Below are positions 10,095-18,535 of a stretch of DNA of 45,621 bases, piece by piece. A model generated the notes under the pieces. It was given only the letters and a program-made list of their open reading frames with translations, searched no databases and was not told the DNA's origin. Made by a program: the position numbers and the translations under genes. The stretch is taken from the sequence record SRR31156797_3992; one strand, given 5' to 3'. Positions within the stretch are counted from its first letter, which is position 1; each line of letters starts with the position of its first letter.

Positions 10095-10138
10095 CACTTC
10101 CTAATTTAATATGTAATCCCCTTAAGGGGAAAAGCAGG

Positions 10139-10654
10139 TTAAAAACCATGCTTTTTAATATCTGATAACCATTTTTTTACTCTAGGTAAAGTTAATTCCG
10201 GTTCATTATCTTCATCTAAGGGTAACCCGGCAAACTGGCCATTTAATAGACCTTCAGAATCATTAAATTGGTATCCTTCATTGTCAACCAAACCTACAAC
10301 AGTAACCTTAAGGTCTTTTAGTTTTTCGTATAACCAACCTATGGCATCTACAAAGTGATCGGGATAATTAATTTGGTCGCCTAATCCATAAATAGCCACT
10401 TTCTTGTTGCTCCAATCTACTTTAGATAATTGAGTAAAGAATACATCCCAATCGTCATCTTCATGTTCAGAATCCCAATTTGTTCGTCCTAAGGTAGATA
10501 TCCCAAAAATAAGTTTGTCGTATTTTTCTAAGGCTGTAACCTCACATTTTTTTATGGGCACCAGATCTGCATTTTTTAATTCATCCGCAATGATTTGTGC
10601 TACTTTACCAACACTGCCTTTTTCAGGACCAAAGAAAATTCCAGTTGTATTCAT
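10139..10654 (-). CDS. Long-chain flavodoxin
   Basis: KVAIYGLGDQINYPDHFVDAIG, FAGLPLDEDNE and LT..RV..W motifs. Start is 10654 or 10681. Confidence 0.9.
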   Translation of the reverse strand: MNTTGIFFGPEKGSVGKVAQIIADELKNADLVPIKKCEVTALEKYDKLIFGISTLGRTNWDSEHEDDDWDVFFTQLSKVDWSNKKVAIYGLGDQINYPDHFVDAIGWLYEKLKDLKVTVVGLVDNEGYQFNDSEGLLNGQFAGLPLDEDNEPELTLPRVKKWLSDIKKHGF

Positions 10655-10909
10655 AAGTTCGTTTTTTCTTTCATTTGTCATTTGGAACTAGCCTATTTAG
10701 TCATTGTTGTATGAGACAAAATAAGATGGCTTGTTCCGCTTGAGTAATTTTATTTGTTTTTTATTCCACTTCTATCAAAATTCTCATTTTAATGGCAGAA
10801 AAACAATAAGATTTATCATTAAAACATGGATAAGGATATGATATTTTACATCTTTTCGGAGGTGATAACAATTTGGTGTATAATAGAAATTCTAAATCAA
10901 TATTTTGGG

Positions 10910-10917
10910 TAAATTTG
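10910..10917 (+). promoter_or_regulatory. Putative -7 promoter element for the RluA-family gene
   Basis: TAAATTTG lies 20 nt upstream of ATG 10937. Confidence 0.5.
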
Positions 10918-10936
10918 AAGTCTGATTACATTCATT

Positions 10937-11830
10937 ATGGCTGATATAAGTTCGTTGGTTAAAGAAGAGGTGCATTGTGTTAGCGGAGTTCAAGGTAGTG
11001 CCCGGCTGCAGGATTATGCATTGGGTAAGTTTGTTTCCTGTACATCAAATAATGCTGTAAAAAAAGCAATCAAAAAAGGACTTGTTTTTATAAATGATAA
11101 AAGAGGTTATACTGCCGATTGGGTAAAGGATGGAGATGAATTGGTTTTATACAAGGAACCTATAAAGCATCAGAAGAAAACGGTTGATTTGGATTTTCAG
11201 GTGCTTTACGAAGATGATTATTTAGCTGTTGTAAATAAGCCTGCGGGTGTTTTAGTAAGCGGGAATAAACATAGAACTTTAGAAAATGCTTTACCTAAAA
11301 AGCTAAAAAAGAGTAAGAAGTCGGATGTAGTTTCTCCGGAACCGATTCATCGATTGGATTATCCTACCAGTGGGATTGTTCTCATTGGTAAAACCCGACA
11401 GGCTCTTGTAAAACTCAATCAATTATTTGAGAATAGGGATATTCAGAAAAAGTATCTGGCTATTACGATTGGGCATCAAAACAAAACAGGAATTATAGAA
11501 GAGGATATAGATGGAAAGTTGGCTAAATCAGCCTACTCTGTTTTATCGATCGTTGAATCAGAGCGTTTTTTGTTTTTGAATCTGGTAGAATTGGATCTTT
11601 TTACTGGAAGAAGACATCAGCTGAGAAAGCATCTGAGTGGAATTGGCAATCCAATATTGGGAGATGCTGAATACGGGATAGAAGGATTAATACTAAAGGG
11701 TAAAGGACTTTATCTGCATGCTTGCCAGATATCGTTTGTACATCCGTTTACGAATGAATCATTGACAATTTATTCAGAACCACCGAGAAAATTCAAACAA
11801 ATATTTCCGGAAATTTCATTCGTAAAATAA
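10937..11830 (+). CDS. RluA/RluD-family RNA pseudouridine synthase
   Basis: S4-like N-terminus; VNKPAG, catalytic HRLD, TGRRHQLRKH, PILGD.EYG, LHA and HP motifs. Confidence 0.93.
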   Translation: MADISSLVKEEVHCVSGVQGSARLQDYALGKFVSCTSNNAVKKAIKKGLVFINDKRGYTADWVKDGDELVLYKEPIKHQKKTVDLDFQVLYEDDYLAVVNKPAGVLVSGNKHRTLENALPKKLKKSKKSDVVSPEPIHRLDYPTSGIVLIGKTRQALVKLNQLFENRDIQKKYLAITIGHQNKTGIIEEDIDGKLAKSAYSVLSIVESERFLFLNLVELDLFTGRRHQLRKHLSGIGNPILGDAEYGIEGLILKGKGLYLHACQISFVHPFTNESLTIYSEPPRKFKQIFPEISFVK

Positions 11831-11860
11831 GAGCTATTGTTTGGTCTGTAATCTGACTCT

Positions 11861-13918
11861 CTATTTTTCAATCCTAACTCTTGCATCTACAGCAATAATC
11901 TGATCGTTAATACCCATTAGCGGATTGATGTCCAGTTCTTTTATTTCAGTAGAAAACCTTAGCATGGTGGAAAGCCGAACTAATATTCCAGCCAATGTTT
12001 CTATATCTACTTTTCCCTGTCCGCGTAAGCCGTTTAATACTTCTTTTCCTTTTAAATTGTCGATCATATTTAGAGCTTCTTCACAGGTCAGAGGAGCCAA
12101 TCCCGATGATATATCTTTGATTACTTCCACAAAAATACCTCCTAATCCGCAGAGCATAACATGTCCAAAGGCAGGCTCATATTTTGCACCAATAAACAAT
12201 TCTACACCTTGATGCATGGGTTGTACCAGAACACTTTGTGCTCCTTGTATCTGCATCATTCTGTTATATTCTGAAATAAGAAATTCAGGATCATTTATAT
12301 TTAAACTTACACCGCCAACGTCCGTTTTATGAATGGGGCCAACCACTTTCATGGCAACTGGAAATTCAATATGTTTTAATTCTTCATTTAAATCAGATTC
12401 TGAGCGAATAATAGTTTCTGTTGCCATAGGAATATTGGCAGCGGCAAATAAGGATTGAATTTGAACAGGGTTTAGATATCCATTGTCAAAGCTATTGATG
12501 AGGTTTCGAATCTTTGGTACATCTACTCCTTTCATTTGAATAGATTCTTTAGCCGGTTTAATGGCATTGTGCACTTTTGACAAAGCGTGACCCAACATGA
12601 CTTCGTCTGGGAAGTTTACATTTCCCTTACTAATAAAGTATTGAATATCATCCTCTGCATTCACAACAGATGGTAATATGGGATATATAGGTTTTTTGCA
12701 TGATCGCATTTTTTGATGCAGCACTTCATATACTTCTCTTACCGGAAATAAACCGGGACTTCCAAATATGACTGCCATGGCATCTATATGATTAAAATCT
12801 TTTTCACATGCATCAATAATTGATTCCAGATGTTCAGCATTTCCTGTTGCTAAAAAATCAATAGGATTAGCAACGCTTGAACCAGGATTAAGTTTTGATT
12901 TAAGAAGTTCGGCTTTTGCTCCTTCAATGGCTGGTATTTGTATGCCTCCTTGCGATAATGAATCAGTAAGCATTACAGCCGGACCTCCGGCATGCGTGAT
13001 GACAGCAATATTATCTCCTTTTAAAGGTTTAGCCATAAAAACAGCAGCAACAGTAGCTAATTCCAGGCGACTATGACAACGGATGATTCCGGCTTTTTTG
13101 AACAAGGCGTCTACAGCCATGTCAGATGAGGCTATAGCTCCGGTATGACTTGATGCTGCTCTCATACCAGCTTCAGAGGTTCCTGATTTTATAGCCGCAA
13201 TCTGGCACCCTTTACTTACCAAAGAGTTGGCATGATGTAATAACTTGTCCGGGTCTTTAATGCTTTCTATATAAAGTAGTTTTATTCTCGAGCTTTTATC
13301 CGGATCAAATGATTCATCCAAATAGGCTAACACATCTTCAACTCCAATTTGAGCACTGTTTCCAACAGAATAAATACTATTGAACTTTAAGCCCAATGCT
13401 GCGCCGGTTTCTAAAATATACACAGCAGTAGCACCTGAACCGGAAATGAAATCTGCACCATTAGGATCTAGTTTAGGAATGGGTTCTGTAAATATACTGT
13501 GGTGGTTGATGTTGATCATTCCAATGCAATTTGGACCTATCAAACACCCATCAACTTCTTTAATTATTTTTACAATTTCGGCTTCAAGTTTTGCTCCTTC
13601 TTCGTTTTCTTCGCTAAAACCTGCCGAAATAATCACAAAGGCTCTGGTTTTTTTAGTATGAGCCAGCTCTTTTACAGTTTGTGGGCATTGATCTGCAGGA
13701 ATGGCTATTATGGCCAAATCAACATCTTCCGGTAGTTCTGAAATTTGACCATATGATTTAACTCCTTGAACTAGGTCTTGTTTGGGGTTGGAAACGAATA
13801 TTTTCCCACGATAGCATTCTAAAATATTATACAGAATTTTACCACCGGGTTTTTGAAGATCATTCGATCCTCCAACAACAACAATACTTTGCGGATTAAT
13901 TAATTGTTCGTTAATCAT
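11861..13918 (-). CDS. Acetate/acyl-CoA ligase (ADP-forming), fused alpha-beta
   Basis: CoA-binding N-terminus; ISAGFSE, GPNCIG, SHTG (phospho-His), NPID, HKTDVGGV, ELDINPL and VDARV motifs. Confidence 0.92.
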   Translation of the reverse strand: MINEQLINPQSIVVVGGSNDLQKPGGKILYNILECYRGKIFVSNPKQDLVQGVKSYGQISELPEDVDLAIIAIPADQCPQTVKELAHTKKTRAFVIISAGFSEENEEGAKLEAEIVKIIKEVDGCLIGPNCIGMININHHSIFTEPIPKLDPNGADFISGSGATAVYILETGAALGLKFNSIYSVGNSAQIGVEDVLAYLDESFDPDKSSRIKLLYIESIKDPDKLLHHANSLVSKGCQIAAIKSGTSEAGMRAASSHTGAIASSDMAVDALFKKAGIIRCHSRLELATVAAVFMAKPLKGDNIAVITHAGGPAVMLTDSLSQGGIQIPAIEGAKAELLKSKLNPGSSVANPIDFLATGNAEHLESIIDACEKDFNHIDAMAVIFGSPGLFPVREVYEVLHQKMRSCKKPIYPILPSVVNAEDDIQYFISKGNVNFPDEVMLGHALSKVHNAIKPAKESIQMKGVDVPKIRNLINSFDNGYLNPVQIQSLFAAANIPMATETIIRSESDLNEELKHIEFPVAMKVVGPIHKTDVGGVSLNINDPEFLISEYNRMMQIQGAQSVLVQPMHQGVELFIGAKYEPAFGHVMLCGLGGIFVEVIKDISSGLAPLTCEEALNMIDNLKGKEVLNGLRGQGKVDIETLAGILVRLSTMLRFSTEIKELDINPLMGINDQIIAVDARVRIEK

Positions 13919-14018
13919 AATGCAATGAATAAGGAGTTTTGTAAGACCTTAAAAATCCATATTTTTTTCTCGTATAACAATGAAATAAATCAGTTGACGG
14001 AATTCAGGGGTATTTTCT

Positions 14019-14026
14019 TAATTTTG
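14019..14026 (+). promoter_or_regulatory. Putative -7 promoter element for hydE
   Basis: TAATTTTG lies about 34 nt upstream of ATG 14060, with TTG at 13994-13996. Confidence 0.5.
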
Positions 14027-14059
14027 CATTCTATTACTTAATATGCATATTTCGTTTGA

Positions 14060-15142
14060 ATGGAAGAGATTAAGAAAATACTGCAAAAAGAAGAGTTTAC
14101 TTTTGATGACTTAGTAAAGCTGTTACCGCTTGAGGGAGAAGAACAAAAGCTTTTGTTTGCCAAAGCACAAGAAGTACAGTTGAAGTTTGTTGGAAAAAAA
14201 GTTTTTTACAGAGGCTTGGTCGAGTTTTCAAATGTATGTTCTAAAAATTGTTTTTACTGTGGTATTCGAAAAGACAATAAGGAAGTAGAAAGATATAATC
14301 TCGAAGATGAGCATGTGCTGGAAGCGGCTCGTTTTGCTTATGAGAATAAATATGCATCCATGGTTTTGCAAGCAGGGGAACGAAGTGATGATTTTTTTAT
14401 TGAGCGTGTAGATAAATTGTTGCAGCAAATCAAAAGCATAACTAACGGAGAGTTGGGAATTACTATCTCTTTGGGGGAACAAAGCGAAGAAACTTATCGA
14501 AAATGGTTTGAAAGTGGAGCGCACAGGTATTTGCTGCGAATAGAGTCATCTACAAAATCGCTTTATAACCAGATTCATCCTCAAAACAGGGAGCATGATT
14601 TTGATAATAGGATGAACTGCTTAAAAACACTTAAGAAAGTTGGTTATCAAACCGGAACAGGAGTAATGGTCGGGCTTCCCAATCAAAGCTTTGAAGATTT
14701 GGCCAATGACTTGTTGTTTATGAAAGGTTTTGATATTGATATGTGCGGAATGGGTCCATATATTGAGCATGAGCAAACACCTTTGTATGAGCAAAAAGAA
14801 TTGCTGTGGCCTATTAAAAAACGCTTTTCGGTTACCTTAAATATGATTGCTCTTTTGCGAATTATCATGAAGGATATAAATATTGCGGCAGCAACGGCAT
14901 TGCAGGCTATCGATCCAATGGGTAGAGAAAAAGCCTTAAGAATAGGGGCAAATGTAATTATGCCTAATATTACACCTACACTGCATAGAAAAGATTATCA
15001 ATTGTATCAGAATAAACCTTGTACAGATGAGGGAGCCGAAGATTGTGGTAATTGTTTAAGTATGAGGATAGAATTAGCTGACAGAGAAGTTGGCCTAGGA
15101 GAATGGGGCGATTCTAAACACTTTATCAATCGAAAAGCCTAG
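14060..15142 (+). CDS. hydE: [FeFe]-hydrogenase maturation radical SAM protein HydE
   Basis: RGLVEFSNVCSKNCFYCGIR (CxxxCxxC), RYLLRIE, GMGPYI, GANVIMPN, YQLY.NK and a C-terminal Cx7Cx2C. Confidence 0.88.
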   Translation: MEEIKKILQKEEFTFDDLVKLLPLEGEEQKLLFAKAQEVQLKFVGKKVFYRGLVEFSNVCSKNCFYCGIRKDNKEVERYNLEDEHVLEAARFAYENKYASMVLQAGERSDDFFIERVDKLLQQIKSITNGELGITISLGEQSEETYRKWFESGAHRYLLRIESSTKSLYNQIHPQNREHDFDNRMNCLKTLKKVGYQTGTGVMVGLPNQSFEDLANDLLFMKGFDIDMCGMGPYIEHEQTPLYEQKELLWPIKKRFSVTLNMIALLRIIMKDINIAAATALQAIDPMGREKALRIGANVIMPNITPTLHRKDYQLYQNKPCTDEGAEDCGNCLSMRIELADREVGLGEWGDSKHFINRKA

Positions 15143-15266
15143 AGAAATTGTCGCTTATATAGGAAAATAATCTCAACCTTTATCTAATTTTATTGTTAGG
15201 TATTGAAGTTTTGCAGTTCTGTAAAATGAAAATACTTTGATAATAAATCTCGACACTATAAATAAA

Positions 15267-16802
15267 ATGAAAAAACCTAAAAATCATATACTCGTTATTT
15301 TCGGAGCTTCAGGAGATCTAACCTATCGTAAACTGGTACCTGCAGTTTTTGATTTGTACGATCAGAATTTACTGCCTGATAATTTTGCTATTTTAGGATT
15401 AGGAAGGACGGCACTGTCTGATGATGACTTTCGTAAAAAAATGGAGGAAGGAATTGAACAGTTTGCCCTTAATAAAAAGGATGCATTGCTTAAGGAAAAA
15501 GTAGATGGCTTTTTGAAGCAATTGTATTATCATGCTTTTAATACAAAAGAGGAAGCTGAATATGCAGGCCTAAAGGAAAAGCTTTACGATTTGGATGGTC
15601 AATTGGGAACCGAACGTAATTTTATATTTTACCTGGCCACACCGCCAAGTATGTATACCGTTATTCCATGTCATTTGGCCAAACATAGTTTAAGTAATGA
15701 GGATGATGGCTTTAAAAGGTTAATTGTAGAAAAGCCATTTGGTTATGATTTAGAAACAGCTTTAGAGTTAAATACAAGCTTGTTAAAGAATTTTCAGGAG
15801 GATCAAATTTATCGAATCGATCATTATTTAGGTAAGGAAACAGTTCAAAATTTATTGGTGACCCGTTTTTCAAATGCTATCTACGAACCTTTGTGGAACA
15901 GAAATTACGTAAGTCATGTTGAAATTACTTCTTCAGAGAATATTGGAGTTGGTAATCGAGGTGGATATTACGAAGGCTCAGGAGCATTAAGAGATATGGT
16001 TCAAAACCATTTATTACTTTTAGCTGGTTTAGTAGGAATGGAGCCTCCAGCTTTGATTGATTCCAATAGTATTCGTAACGAAATCGTTAAAGTGCTTCAA
16101 TCTTTACGTCCTATAAAAGAACAAGAGGTTGAAAAATATGTGATTAGAGGGCAATATGTTGGTTCAACAGTAAAAGGGCAAACAGTAAAAGGTTATCGGG
16201 AAGAAAATGGTGTGGATAAGGAATCACGCACAGAAACCTATGTGGCCATGAAGTTTTTTATTGATAACATGCGCTGGGCAGGTGTACCGTTTTATATTCG
16301 AACAGGAAAAATGCTTCCAACCAGAGTTACTGAAGTTGTCATTCATTTTAAGCCGACTCCACATCACTTATTTGCCAGCAATTCAGCCATTGCGCAACAG
16401 CAAAATCAGTTGGTTATTCGTATTCAACCAGATGAAGGTTTGCTGTTAAAATTTGGAATGAAATTGCCCGGAGCAGGATTTAATGTGCAAAATGTGAATA
16501 TGGATTTTCATTATTCTGATTTGGCAGATGCATATCTACCTAGTGCTTACGAGCGCTTATTACATGATTGTATGCTGGGAGATTCTACGCTTTATTCCAG
16601 AGGAGATGCGGTGGAAGCAGCCTGGAAGTTTGTTAAACCAATTCAGGAAGCCTGGAAGAAAAACGATAAGATTCCGGTTCATGGTTATCCAGCTGGAACA
16701 TGGGGGCCTGATATTGCAGATGATTTAATTGAAGAGCCTCATCTTACCTGGCGTTATCCGTGTAAAAATCTGGCTAATGATGGTAACTATTGCGAATTAT
16801 AA
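15267..16802 (+). CDS. zwf: Glucose-6-phosphate 1-dehydrogenase
   Basis: GASGDL, EKPFG, RIDHYLGKE, RDMVQNH and GVPFYIRTGK motifs. ATG 15267 preferred. Confidence 0.97.
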   Translation: MKKPKNHILVIFGASGDLTYRKLVPAVFDLYDQNLLPDNFAILGLGRTALSDDDFRKKMEEGIEQFALNKKDALLKEKVDGFLKQLYYHAFNTKEEAEYAGLKEKLYDLDGQLGTERNFIFYLATPPSMYTVIPCHLAKHSLSNEDDGFKRLIVEKPFGYDLETALELNTSLLKNFQEDQIYRIDHYLGKETVQNLLVTRFSNAIYEPLWNRNYVSHVEITSSENIGVGNRGGYYEGSGALRDMVQNHLLLLAGLVGMEPPALIDSNSIRNEIVKVLQSLRPIKEQEVEKYVIRGQYVGSTVKGQTVKGYREENGVDKESRTETYVAMKFFIDNMRWAGVPFYIRTGKMLPTRVTEVVIHFKPTPHHLFASNSAIAQQQNQLVIRIQPDEGLLLKFGMKLPGAGFNVQNVNMDFHYSDLADAYLPSAYERLLHDCMLGDSTLYSRGDAVEAAWKFVKPIQEAWKKNDKIPVHGYPAGTWGPDIADDLIEEPHLTWRYPCKNLANDGNYCEL

Positions 16803-16822
16803 TCAATTGGGGGAAGAAAAAA

Positions 16823-17533
16823 ATGAGCACAAAAGATAAGGTTGAGATATTTGAATCTAAACAGGATTTAGCCCGGTATTTTGGAAAATTATTAAAAGAG
16901 AAAACCGAAAAGAGTAATAAAGTCACGATAGCTTTGTCTGGAGGGAGTACACCCAAAGCTATTTTCGACGAATTGGCTAAAGTTTATGCAGAGAGCATTG
17001 ACTGGACTAAGGTGTTTTTGTTTTGGGGAGATGAACGACTAGTTTCTCCAACAGATGATGAAAGTAATTACAAAATGACTGTTGACCATTTACTTTCAAA
17101 AGTATCTATTCCAAAAGAAAATATTTTTAGAGTAAAGGGAGAATTGCAACCGGATGAAGCTTGTGTGGATTATGAAGAAGTGTTGCAAAGAAATTTACCT
17201 TTGGTTAATGAAGTTCCTCAGTTTGATATAATGCTTTTAGGCATGGGAGATGATGGGCACACTGCATCAGTGTTTCCTTACCAAATAGATCTTTGGCATC
17301 AGCAAACCAACTGTGTTCTTGCAGCGCATCCGGAATCAGGTCAGAAACGAGTGTCTTTAACTGGAAAAGTAATTAATCAGGCTAAAGAAATTTACTTTTT
17401 AGTTACTGGCAGTACCAAGGCTGAAAAACTGGATGAAATTCTTCATCAAAAAGATGATTATAAGAAATATCCTGCAGCACTGGTGCAGAATCCTTTTTGG
17501 TTATTAGATAAAGACGCTGCACAATATTTGTAA
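16823..17533 (+). CDS. pgl: 6-phosphogluconolactonase
   Basis: ALSGGSTP, WGDER, SNY, LLGMGDDGHTAS and RVSLT motifs; follows zwf. Confidence 0.95.
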   Translation: MSTKDKVEIFESKQDLARYFGKLLKEKTEKSNKVTIALSGGSTPKAIFDELAKVYAESIDWTKVFLFWGDERLVSPTDDESNYKMTVDHLLSKVSIPKENIFRVKGELQPDEACVDYEEVLQRNLPLVNEVPQFDIMLLGMGDDGHTASVFPYQIDLWHQQTNCVLAAHPESGQKRVSLTGKVINQAKEIYFLVTGSTKAEKLDEILHQKDDYKKYPAALVQNPFWLLDKDAAQYL

Positions 17534-17592
17534 TTGAGCAGCGTTAGTTCGAGAAAGGTGAATGATATCTAATGGAATTTAAATATTCCTTA

Positions 17593-17600
17593 TACTTTTG
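17593..17600 (+). promoter_or_regulatory. Putative -7 promoter element
   Basis: TACTTTTG lies about 29 nt upstream of ATG 17629, which supports that start. Confidence 0.45.
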
Positions 17601-17628
17601 TCGATATCAAATTTCAATTAAAAATACT

Positions 17629-18492
17629 ATGCGATTTATATTTTTTCTAGTGTTCGGTTTATTATCAAGCGGTCTGATTTTAAATGCTCAGGTTACTGAT
17701 GTGTTTGGAAATAAGGTACCAACAAGTACTAAAAGTGCAACGAAAGGGGTGCCGGCTGGTTCAAATCAAAAAGACGAACAGGGAAGAAAACAAGGTTATT
17801 GGGAAAAACGTTATAGTAATGGAAAGCCATCTTATACGGTTACATTTAAGGATGATAAACCTGTAGGTAAAATGACACGCTATTATTCGAATGGAAATAA
17901 GCAGATAGAAATTGATTACGATGAAAATGGAGAGTACGGTAAAGCAGAACTTTTTTCAGAAGATGGAAAATTAACGGCTAAAGGAGGATATATCGGAAAG
18001 GTTAAAGATGGTCTTTGGGAGTTCTTTTCTCCTGAAGGTTTTTTATATACGCAAGAGAACTATAAAGAAGGGCTTAAGCATGGACTAACAAAGCACTTTT
18101 TTAGAAAAGGAGGTATTGCAGAGGAGTTAGAATGGAAAGAAGATGTGAAGGATGGTATTTGGAAGCAATATTATGAAAATGGACAGCTAAAGATGACTTC
18201 TTCTCATGTAAATGGAGACATAGACGGGGAGTATGTTGTATTCTTTTCTAATGGAAAAATAGAAATTCAAGGCAAGTTTGTAAATGGTGTAGAGGATGGA
18301 ACTTGGATCGTTTTTACACCCGATGGTAGTGTTGCCTATAAGATTGAATATGACAAGGGGAAAGTACTCAATGAGGAATTTTTTGATGAAAAACAGCAGA
18401 AGTTGTTTGAAGAGTTTCAAAAGAATAAAGGAAAGTTGAAAGATCCGGAAGAATTTAAACATGACCCTGATGGTTATATAAGAGGTATGTAG
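17629..18492 (+). CDS. Exported MORN-variant repeat (YwqK-like) protein
   Basis: Signal peptide (MRFIFFLVFGLL...LNAQ) and tandem ~24-aa repeats of the type G.W..YY.NG......Y..G..DG. Confidence 0.8.
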   Translation: MRFIFFLVFGLLSSGLILNAQVTDVFGNKVPTSTKSATKGVPAGSNQKDEQGRKQGYWEKRYSNGKPSYTVTFKDDKPVGKMTRYYSNGNKQIEIDYDENGEYGKAELFSEDGKLTAKGGYIGKVKDGLWEFFSPEGFLYTQENYKEGLKHGLTKHFFRKGGIAEELEWKEDVKDGIWKQYYENGQLKMTSSHVNGDIDGEYVVFFSNGKIEIQGKFVNGVEDGTWIVFTPDGSVAYKIEYDKGKVLNEEFFDEKQQKLFEEFQKNKGKLKDPEEFKHDPDGYIRGM

Positions 18493-18535
18493 AGGTATAA
18501 CTAGAGCTAAGCTTTAGGAATAAAATAAATTTGTG

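Noticed and set aside
17629-18492. Toxin-antitoxin system based on YwqK-like repeats
   Set aside because: The protein has a signal peptide and no adjacent toxin; such MORN-variant proteins are common in Bacteroidota.
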